DNA of 32,529 nucleotides from a virus. Taxonomy: Duplodnaviria; Caudoviricetes. Where the stretch lies: IMG/VR virus record IMGVR_UViG_3300032216_001428, positions 1 to 32,529 of that record. One strand, 5' to 3'. Below the pieces are notes generated by a model. The model had not been told where the DNA came from, made no database searches, and saw only the letters and a list, made by a program, of their open reading frames with translations. The position numbers and the translations under genes were made by a program. This document shows, in pieces, positions 9,052-15,928 of this stretch (positions within the stretch are counted from its first letter, which is position 1; each line of letters begins with the position of its first letter).

Positions 9052-10498
9052 TTTCTTCCCATAAAACATAGTCTATTCTTGCTTTTGCTATCTCTAAATA
9101 ACTTTCATCCATTTCAATACCAATAAATGAAAATCCTTCTAATATTGCTGCTTTTCCTGTACTTCCACTTCCCATAAACGGGTCAAGAATAATACCTTCT
9201 TTTGGTGTAATGAGCCTACATAAGTATTTCATAAGTTCAGTTGGTTTTACTGTTGGATGATGATTATTATATTTAGTAGAATATTTTTTATCTTCATTAT
9301 TTCTTGGAGCATTTACTCTCATATGATTTTTTTCTTCTAAACTTTCGCAACCTTCATTCCTATCTTTTTTATTAGCCTTCGCACAATAGAAGAAACGAGC
9401 AGCAGAACCACTATCTCCATAACCTTCAAAATCTCCTCTTGTAAAAGGAGTTGAAGTTTCTTTTTCTTCATAATCAGATGCTTTAAAACTACCACTTGAA
9501 CTTTTAGTATTAGGAAATAAACTTACTACATCTTCCGAACCATCGTGGATAATATTTGCTGGCCATCTACCTGTATGTTCTTTATAAGATGATGTATCAG
9601 AACCTCTATTTTCATCTCCACCGGCAAATGTACCTTTCGGAGCATTATGTGTTGAAATAACTTCATTTCCAACTCTACAAGCATCAATATTTACAGCGCC
9701 AGTACCATATTTCAATACATTAGTAGCAACATCTCCTTTAAATGGTTTTCTTGCCATAATAATAGGTTCGTGTGCTGGTTTTAGAGCAGTTCCCCATCCA
9801 TCCCATTGTTTTGCTTCATTTGTAGATGCTTCTGTTATTTCTAAATCAACATATGTAGTTTCAGAACCTAAACCTGGAATAGCATAAGAACTATCAAAGT
9901 TTCTTGCTTTATTTATTACATCAATAACTGGTCTATTAGCAGGAAATGTTTTATCAAAATATTCTTTCATTTCAGGCCAAGCATCTACTATTTTTTGGAA
10001 CTCTTCTGGTTCTGGTATTCTTATTCCTTTTGGTCTTCCTTCATACCAAGAATAGTTTGTTGTTCCATTACAAAACATTTCATCTGCTTGCTTTAATGTA
10101 ATATTTCTTTTAGTTCTTGCTTCTTTTAGTTTTTCAGCAATCTCATTATTCAAAACATTATTCCCACCACGTTTATCAATGGCTTTTCCAATGTTATGAC
10201 TTTTAGGAAAACCTGAACCATAAAGCCACATAATAGTGTCTCTGATTTCAAAACCAGCATCTTCAATATTTACACAAATGCGATGAAAAGTACGAGAACC
10301 ACCAAAAGATAATAAATGTCCACCAGGCTTTAAAACTCTTAAACATTCATTCCATATTTCTACTGAAGGAATATCATAGTCCCATTTCTTATTCATAAAA
10401 GAAATGCCATAAGGAGGGTCAGTAACAATACTATCAACACTATTACTTTCCATTTCTTTCATTTTTTCAAGACAATCTCCAAGAATAAGATTAACCAT
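9041..10498 (-). CDS. Beta-class N6-adenine/N4-cytosine DNA methyltransferase with inserted XRE-type HTH
   Basis: GDCLE, SVDSIVTDPPY (motif IV) at the N-terminus; HPTVKP and ILDPFMGSGST (motif I) at the C-terminus. Start placed at MVNLILGD, overlapping the sigma stop. Confidence 0.93.
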   Translation of the reverse strand: MVNLILGDCLEKMKEMESNSVDSIVTDPPYGISFMNKKWDYDIPSVEIWNECLRVLKPGGHLLSFGGSRTFHRICVNIEDAGFEIRDTIMWLYGSGFPKSHNIGKAIDKRGGNNVLNNEIAEKLKEARTKRNITLKQADEMFCNGTTNYSWYEGRPKGIRIPEPEEFQKIVDAWPEMKEYFDKTFPANRPVIDVINKARNFDSSYAIPGLGSETTYVDLEITEASTNEAKQWDGWGTALKPAHEPIIMARKPFKGDVATNVLKYGTGAVNIDACRVGNEVISTHNAPKGTFAGGDENRGSDTSSYKEHTGRWPANIIHDGSEDVVSLFPNTKSSSGSFKASDYEEKETSTPFTRGDFEGYGDSGSAARFFYCAKANKKDRNEGCESLEEKNHMRVNAPRNNEDKKYSTKYNNHHPTVKPTELMKYLCRLITPKEGIILDPFMGSGSTGKAAILEGFSFIGIEMDESYLEIAKARIDYVLWEENEE

Positions 10499-11270
10499 TC
10501 TTTTCAATAGTCTCCCCATCAAGAAGTCCACTATCTCTAATAACATTTAAAGCTGTATTCAAAATGTCAGTCATTTCTCTAACTGGTTTATTGTATTTTG
10601 CAGCAAGTTGTTCAAGTTCCATCATTGTATCTTCATCGCCTAAACCACAATAATCTTTAATGATTGAAGCTGAAAGTGGGTCCTTATCAAATAAAGCAAT
10701 AACATCATCCATAACACTATCTAAAATAACTCTATCCATATTTTTATCCTCATAAATGTCATTAACATCTTCCAAGCTCATTGTTTGTGTTTTATAACCA
10801 TCAAGAGCAGCTTGTATTCTACTTGGTGGTAAGTTTATTTTATTTATTAGTTCTGTATAATCTAAATCTATTCCTGCTCTCAAAATCTGTATCAATGCTT
10901 CGTGTATATGGTTTGGTAATCTTATTGTTCTACCTGTATTTTCAATAGTTCTTAAACAATATTGCCAAATCCAAGGAGTAGCATAAGTGGATAGTTTTCC
11001 TTTATCAGCATTGTATTTTGTTAAAGCATACAATAATCCCATTTTTGCGCTTTGTAATAAATCTTCTAACTCTACTCCTCTACCTTTGCATTTAATCGCT
11101 ATACTATGAGCAAGATTTCCATACAAATCTAATACTTGTTCCGCTGCTTTTTTATTTTCTCTATCGGAACCATTTTTATATCTATCTGTTAACCATCTAT
11201 CATCTTCAATAGTTGGATTTTTATTCTTTTTTCGACTAATATTATAATCAGTCCAGTTTTGATGTTGCAT
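10491..11270 (-). CDS. Phage-encoded sigma-70 family RNA polymerase sigma factor
   Basis: Region 2 motifs EDLLQ...GLL.A..KY...KG.LSTYAT.WI.Q...R.I....RTIRLP. The start at 11270 has a GGAGG RBS. Confidence 0.9.
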   Translation of the reverse strand: MQHQNWTDYNISRKKNKNPTIEDDRWLTDRYKNGSDRENKKAAEQVLDLYGNLAHSIAIKCKGRGVELEDLLQSAKMGLLYALTKYNADKGKLSTYATPWIWQYCLRTIENTGRTIRLPNHIHEALIQILRAGIDLDYTELINKINLPPSRIQAALDGYKTQTMSLEDVNDIYEDKNMDRVILDSVMDDVIALFDKDPLSASIIKDYCGLGDEDTMMELEQLAAKYNKPVREMTDILNTALNVIRDSGLLDGETIEKNG

Positions 11271-11278
11271 AAAAAAAT

Positions 11279-11314
11279 CCTCCAAATACATTTTACTTTT
11301 TATATACTTGGAGG
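11279..11314 (-). promoter_or_regulatory. 12-bp hairpin sequestering the GGAGG RBS of the sigma gene
   Basis: On the - strand CCUCCAAGUAUA pairs with UGUAUUUGGAGG (10 WC + 2 GU) around a 12-nt loop. Confidence 0.65.
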
Positions 11315-11322
11315 CATAATAC

Positions 11323-11532
11323 TTATCCTGCTTTTCTTTCTTTGTACTTATCTAATAAATATTCTGAAACAACTGAAATAGGAAGATTACAAGCATCAGA
11401 AATCTTTTTAATATTCATAAGGGTTGGCATACTTTTTCCTGATAAATATTTGCTTATATGAGATTGATGTAAACCACTTCTATTTGCAATCTCTAACTGT
11501 GTAAATCCAAAAGTCATATTACTTGCTGGCAT
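11323..11532 (-). CDS. XRE/Cro-family helix-turn-helix transcriptional regulator (69 aa)
   Basis: TQLEIANRSGLHQSHISKYLSGKSMP...IKKISDA is a canonical HTH_3 pattern. Confidence 0.88.
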   Translation of the reverse strand: MPASNMTFGFTQLEIANRSGLHQSHISKYLSGKSMPTLMNIKKISDACNLPISVVSEYLLDKYKERKAG

Positions 11533-12145
11533 TATTTAAAATATCCTCCATAATCTTATCCGCATTTCTAACAACTGTATCTGATAATGCCTTTAAATGA
11601 TTATTATCTATATATTCATTAAGTTTTCTCATTCTCATTTTCCAGTTGTAATATAATCTATCGCTCATTATACCTGATTTACCAATATTTTGTTCATTAC
11701 TATGATGTAAACATAATCTAAACCAAGTATAGCTTCCATCATTATTATTATGGCTCCAAATAGCATAAGCTGGTAAATCGCTCTTTTTAGCTAACTCAAT
11801 AAGTGCTGATTTTTGACCATATGACAAAACACCTTTTTTACCTGTTTCATCATAAATCTTATATTCAATGAGAGCAAATGGTTGAAACTGACTAATACCT
11901 TGTTCTTGGATTAAACATTCAAAATCAACTCCCATAGGTGTTAATAATGCATCAATATCAAATGTATTAAGAAATCTTGGTGCTGTATCTATTTTCATCA
12001 TATGATTATGTCTATTTGTTATTTCTTCTTGCTTTTCTTTTAGTTCTTGAATGTGTTGTCTTATTCGCACTTTACATTCCAATAAAAGTTCGTGTTCAAG
12101 TAAATCGAAATCTCTAAATCCTGTGTCAAAAAGTTTTCCAATCAT
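11519..12145 (-). CDS. Putative PD-(D/E)xK nuclease-fold protein
   Basis: FDID...ALIEYK...LSYGQ..AL..LA pattern resembles the restriction-endonuclease-like fold; AGGAG RBS. Confidence 0.55.
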   Translation of the reverse strand: MIGKLFDTGFRDFDLLEHELLLECKVRIRQHIQELKEKQEEITNRHNHMMKIDTAPRFLNTFDIDALLTPMGVDFECLIQEQGISQFQPFALIEYKIYDETGKKGVLSYGQKSALIELAKKSDLPAYAIWSHNNNDGSYTWFRLCLHHSNEQNIGKSGIMSDRLYYNWKMRMRKLNEYIDNNHLKALSDTVVRNADKIMEDILNNASK

Positions 12146-12224
12146 AATAATAATCTCCTATATTTACGTTATACAACTTATAACATAAATACTATTCTGA
12201 TTATTATTCGTTTACACCTGCTTG

Positions 12225-13199
12225 TTATTTGCTCATTTTTAATAAATCTTGTAATGACATTCTATCAAGTCTTTTTTTAACTGTATTTTTTAGTAAATCA
12301 AGTTTAGTGCTAATAGTTGTTAATGATACTAAACCAGGATTTCCATTTTTATTATCAATGTAGTAGTAGCCATCTCTTTTTCTTAATGGAGCTAACATAA
12401 TATTCTTTCCTGATTTTTCAATAGTCCAATAAGGGTTGTTTTGTAATACTAATATATTTCCATTTTTGTTAGGATAAAAGACAGCCTTTACATAATCCTT
12501 TTGAGCATCAGTAAGAAGGGATAAATCAAGCTTATCAATATAATATAAGTTTTTACGAAGGGGTTCTCTCCATACTAAATCTGCTAATGCTAAAATGATA
12601 CTGTTAATATCTACCTTGCCATCTTTTACTACAAGTTTATGATTTGGTAAGAATACTGGCTTTTCTTTTTTAATCTTAACAACAGGAACTTCTACTTCTT
12701 CTTTTTTAGGCTCAATAACCTCTATTTTAGGAGTTTCTATATGTAATGTGGGTTTTGATATGTTTTTAGGTTTTTGATAGTATTTTATAGCATTTTTGAC
12801 TATATTTTGTTCTATCCAACTTTCAAGAATAAATCTTCCTTTTTGTTCATTTTTAACCCAATCATCAGTAGACCAATATAACCATTCATCTTTAAAGTTT
12901 TGATTGAACCAAATAAAGGAATGTTTGAATGTATAGTGGTTTTTGCTAATGAAGTCATAAGCATCATTAATACCTTCTATATGACGAAAATCTTTTGCTT
13001 CTATTCTATTATGTTCAAAATATTGAGTTCTTATTCTTAATGCTATTGCGCTTTCAAAAGTAAAGTAAGCAGCTTTTTGATTTTTCTTTTTAGATGGTCT
13101 ATTCCAATCAGACATCATCTGATTGTAATGATTTCTTTGCTGCTCTGCATAATAATCATTTTCAATGTCATCTAACTGGTAATCATCTTCAAAATACAT
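12225..13199 (-). CDS. Hypothetical protein; positional candidate for replication initiator
   Basis: Long ORF with probable start MYFEDD after GAGG. It lies next to iteron-like repeats, but I recognised no family motif. Confidence 0.55.
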   Translation of the reverse strand: MYFEDDYQLDDIENDYYAEQQRNHYNQMMSDWNRPSKKKNQKAAYFTFESAIALRIRTQYFEHNRIEAKDFRHIEGINDAYDFISKNHYTFKHSFIWFNQNFKDEWLYWSTDDWVKNEQKGRFILESWIEQNIVKNAIKYYQKPKNISKPTLHIETPKIEVIEPKKEEVEVPVVKIKKEKPVFLPNHKLVVKDGKVDINSIILALADLVWREPLRKNLYYIDKLDLSLLTDAQKDYVKAVFYPNKNGNILVLQNNPYWTIEKSGKNIMLAPLRKRDGYYYIDNKNGNPGLVSLTTISTKLDLLKNTVKKRLDRMSLQDLLKMSK

Positions 13200-13220
13200 T
13201 TCATTTTCCTCTTGTTGTTC

Positions 13221-13249
13221 ATTATACCTATTATTTCTTTTTAGTGCAA
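13221..13249 (-). promoter_or_regulatory. Sigma-70 promoter TTGCAC-17-TATAAT for the leftward early operon
   Basis: -35 at 13244-13249 and -10 at 13221-13226 with a 17-nt spacer. Confidence 0.65.
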
Positions 13250-13344
13250 ACATTTTCTTCTATTTTCAAGATTTTGTTGAATAACCAAAATAATCTAACT
13301 TCATTGATAATAACTAAAATAATAACCGCATTTGTAATATCCAT
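13231..13344 (-). CDS. Small hydrophobic protein MDITNAVIILVIINEVRLFWLFNKILKIEENVCTKKK (37 aa)
   Basis: Hand-translated; strong GGAGG RBS upstream. Confidence 0.55.
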   Translation of the reverse strand: MDITNAVIILVIINEVRLFWLFNKILKIEENVCTKKK

Positions 13345-13570
13345 TTTTTTAATCCTCCAAGTATGATATCTTATTATTCTTCATAGTGTATATTATTTCC
13401 TTCTTTTATTTTCTCTCTTATTTAGATGGAGCGAAGCGAACCTTCTGGGTTTATTAAAAAATATATATATATAGGCGAAGCCTTTTTCGGGGTTTCTCCT
13501 TTTAATAGTTATTTTAGTTATTTTAGTTATAGAGAGTTATATAAGGAAATGGATTTATAGGCTAAAATGA

Positions 13571-13668
13571 GGATACATCTATAAGAAGTATCCAAAAAAG
13601 TAAAAGATGTATCCAAATAAATAGGTAGATGTATCCAAATAAATAGGTAGATGTACACTTTTGTATCC
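13571..13668. repeat. Iteron-like array (AGATGTATCC core), putative replication origin
   Basis: Direct copies at 13584, 13605, 13627 and 13649 (21-22 bp period), an inverted copy at 13571 and a partial copy at 13661. Flanked by AT-rich TAGTTATTT repeats (13505-13530). Confidence 0.7.
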
Positions 13669-13747
13669 TTCTTTATTTAACCTAAAAAAGCCAGATTTCC
13701 ACATTCAAAAAGTTCGTACAAGTGTATGATACTATTTAAAGTTGATA

Positions 13748-13794
13748 GATTTAGTCAACATTATTATGTATAGTATTCCTACTGATTTAGTCAA
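13748..13794. promoter_or_regulatory. Two GATTTAGTCAA direct repeats; candidate operators or tandem leftward -35 boxes (TTGACT)
   Basis: Exact 11-mers at 13748-13758 and 13784-13794. Confidence 0.45.
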
Positions 13795-13818
13795 TATAAG
13801 AGTTTAAGTTTTTTCTCA

Positions 13819-13827
13819 TTATACCAT
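13819..13827 (-). promoter_or_regulatory. Leftward extended -10 promoter (TGGTATAAT)
   Basis: attatacca on the + strand; divergent from the 13906 promoter. Confidence 0.5.
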
Positions 13828-13905
13828 TACACGCACTACTATGCTATGTATTATCTTACGAGATTTAAATACTAACAATCGTAGAATAATGAAAAAGAAG
13901 GTGTG

Positions 13906-13933
13906 TTGACATTTAGTGCGGAATGTGTATAAT
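13906..13933 (+). promoter_or_regulatory. Consensus sigma-70 promoter TTGACA-16-TATAAT
   Basis: Perfect -35 (13906-13911) and -10 (13928-13933) with an A-rich UP-like tract upstream. Confidence 0.85.
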
Positions 13934-13939
13934 AGATGT

Positions 13940-14287
13940 AGATGATTACACGGAAGGCAACCAAGAAGTAAGGGCTGACATACTCGCAAGGGTCGAATGG
14001 AAACTTACAGACTAACTACCGCATCTACCGCACTTTACTAAACATAGCAATAGGGAAGGTCCTGATAGCAGGGCTCCACTCAAACCCCAACTGACGTTGG
14101 CAACCTGAACACCGATGAGTTCCAAAGTAGGGTTGTAAGTCCAGTAGAACTGGTGGGTTAGGAATGGAAGAGAAGCAGTATAGACCAACCACCGCACCCG
14201 AAGCGAAGGTGCTCTTGCGCATCATAAGGAAGAAAATACAAATATAAAAAAATTGTGGGTGTAGGAACCCGCAAGGAGAAATGTCAG
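13940..14287 (+). ncRNA. Long structured 5' leader / candidate ncRNA (~345 nt) upstream of the SprT-like gene
   Basis: GC-enriched with no long sense ORF. Several hairpins plus a long-range helix (14003-14019 with 14127-14140). Confidence 0.55.
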
Positions 14288-14995
14288 ATGGCACGATATA
14301 CGAATGATGAAGGTTGGGATAACCACGTTTGGGTAAACCAAGAAGAGTTCTTGGAAAGAGCAACCAAAGAGTGGCATCTCATCAATGACCGATACTATGG
14401 TGGTAAGTTAGACATCAATAAGACAATGAGTGCGGATGCGCTCAAAGACTTTATGTGGAAAGCGTACACCTATTGTATGGAAACATACTATGACCACGGC
14501 AAGGATTGTAAGCACCCGTTGCGACACGATGGGGACCTTTCTATTACCAAGTACAAGACATCGTATGCTGGATTATGTAGAAGCTGGGGAAAGGGAGAAG
14601 GTGCAACGCACTTCATCATCATCTCTTACCGCTACTATCAGGATTGGGGTAATGCCCACATTCTTGAAACGCTCTACCACGAGATTGGGCATCTTTCCCA
14701 TTGGAACCACGATGATGATTTTTGGCAAGAAGGAGAGCGTATCGGGTATGGACTGGCACCTATGGGTGTTAAACCGAGACCAGCAAAGTTCCGTCAGTAC
14801 TGTGGTCAACCTGGTTGCGATTGGGAGCGCTTCTATAAAACTCGTCCAAACAAGTATGTAATCTGTCCTTACTGCTTCCCATTATATGATGGCGCACCGG
14901 AACCAAACTATGACACTTGGTTAGCGCTTCCGTCAGAAGAGAAGGTATGGACAATCATTGAGAAGTACACGGGACCTGAATACCTTATCTACTAA
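14288..14995 (+). CDS. SprT-like zinc metalloprotease with C-terminal zinc ribbon
   Basis: ETLYHEIGH (HExxH), downstream H and F (NHDDDFW), and Cys pairs YCGQPGC and ICPYC. AAGGAG RBS 9 nt before ATG 14288. Confidence 0.85.
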   Translation: MARYTNDEGWDNHVWVNQEEFLERATKEWHLINDRYYGGKLDINKTMSADALKDFMWKAYTYCMETYYDHGKDCKHPLRHDGDLSITKYKTSYAGLCRSWGKGEGATHFIIISYRYYQDWGNAHILETLYHEIGHLSHWNHDDDFWQEGERIGYGLAPMGVKPRPAKFRQYCGQPGCDWERFYKTRPNKYVICPYCFPLYDGAPEPNYDTWLALPSEEKVWTIIEKYTGPEYLIY

Positions 14996-14998
14996 ACT

Positions 14999-15032
14999 AA
15001 AAGCCCCGCATCAAAAGGTGCGGGGCTTTTTT
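14999..15032 (+). terminator. Intrinsic terminator after the SprT-like gene
   Basis: aaaagccccgcatc-aaaa-ggtgcggggctttt followed by more T. Confidence 0.92.
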
Positions 15033-15061
15033 ATTGCAAATTTTGAATGGTAAAATCCTAT

Positions 15062-15433
15062 ATGAAAAAAGAAGCAGAAATCCATATAGAGATTATGGAT
15101 TGGGTGCGGGCTAATGAAGAAGATTTTGATGCTTTAAAATGTATTTATCATCCACCTAACTCTTTCTTTGGCGTAGGATTTGGAATAGTTAAATGGCTTC
15201 AAAAACTTGGTATGCGGAGTGGAGTTTGGGATATTATTGTGCCGATTGATAATAATATCTATTCAGCACTCTACATTGAAGTTAAATCAGAGAAAGGTAA
15301 ACTATCAAAGCAACAACAAGAATGGAAAGAAGTTATTATGAAAAACACTGCTAAATGGCCCTTATTTGTTGAAGTAAAAGATGCAAACACTGGAATAGAA
15401 CTAATAAGTAAATATCTTGGTATGAGCGAATGA
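15062..15433 (+). CDS. VRR-NUC domain nuclease (possible Holliday-junction resolvase)
   Basis: E..I...I, GVWD, LYIEVKSEKGKLSKQQ.EW motifs of VRR-NUC. Start placed at the second Met. Confidence 0.85.
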   Translation: MKKEAEIHIEIMDWVRANEEDFDALKCIYHPPNSFFGVGFGIVKWLQKLGMRSGVWDIIVPIDNNIYSALYIEVKSEKGKLSKQQQEWKEVIMKNTAKWPLFVEVKDANTGIELISKYLGMSE

Positions 15434-15675
15434 AACATAGCATTGAAATAGAAAAACTTGATGAGATTTATGATAGCGGTTCTCTACAAGTTTATTCAGG
15501 TTTTGTTTTTGGCGTAAAGATGATTATTGTTAAGAGTAAACTAATCGTAGGATATATCAGTAGAGAAGACTGGGATAAACACGGATACAAGTTTAAAGGT
15601 AAAAAAATAAATAAAATAGAAGAAGGTAACTATTGCTATTTTAGAGAAGAGAATGATAGACTGTATTTAGTATAA
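15430..15675 (+). CDS. Hypothetical protein (81 aa)
   Basis: ATGA overlap with the VRR-NUC gene. Confidence 0.65.
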   Translation: MKHSIEIEKLDEIYDSGSLQVYSGFVFGVKMIIVKSKLIVGYISREDWDKHGYKFKGKKINKIEEGNYCYFREENDRLYLV

Positions 15676-15685
15676 GGAAAACATT

Positions 15686-15907
15686 ATGGAAGAACAAGAA
15701 GACAATAGACCACTCAAAGGGTTGTATCCAATGCTTAAAATCAATATTGCTGCAAAAACAGAAGAACACGAAATGGCAACAATCCAAGAACTTATGGAAG
15801 CTTTTGATTTACCAGAAAGTCCTGTTGAGTTTATTAAAAAGTTATTAGATGCTGGTTATGCAAATATTTATTTACATAGCTGGGATGAGAGTTTAAAGTT
15901 AATGTAA
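15686..15907 (+). CDS. Hypothetical protein (73 aa)
   Basis: AAGGA RBS; packed within the operon. Confidence 0.65.
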   Translation: MEEQEDNRPLKGLYPMLKINIAAKTEEHEMATIQELMEAFDLPESPVEFIKKLLDAGYANIYLHSWDESLKLM

Positions 15908-15909
15908 TG

Positions 15910-15928
15910 TGTGGTATAATATATTTGT
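15910..15928 (+). promoter_or_regulatory. Extended -10 promoter (TGTGGTATAATATATTTGT)
   Basis: Identical to the reverse-strand copy at 8753-8771. Confidence 0.75.

Noticed and set aside
9041-12145. Methyltransferase plus 208-aa nuclease-like protein as a restriction-modification pair
   Set aside because: They are separated by the sigma and XRE genes, the nuclease call is tentative, and orphan methyltransferases are common in phages.
13571-13668. CRISPR mini-array
   Set aside because: The units are directly tandem with identical or near-identical intervening sequence, with no unique spacers and no cas genes.
13975-14160. Hammerhead ribozyme in the SprT leader (GAAAC-UUACA...UGUAA-GUC looks like stem III with a GUC site)
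   Set aside because: No correctly placed CUGAnGA core and no stem I could be built; CUGACAU, CCGAUGA and CUGGUGG all deviate or are misplaced.
13940-14287. Group I intron, tmRNA or RNase P identity for the leader
   Set aside because: ACAGACUA resembles the R element, but there is no matching UAGUC S element or interrupted gene. tmRNA ends and RNase P conserved motifs are absent.
14012-14954. Overlapping ORFs 14012-14197, 14025-14363, 14430-14861, 14573-14809 and 14769-14954
   Set aside because: Expected shadows of the higher GC content; no motifs or convincing RBS, and they overlap the SprT gene or its leader.
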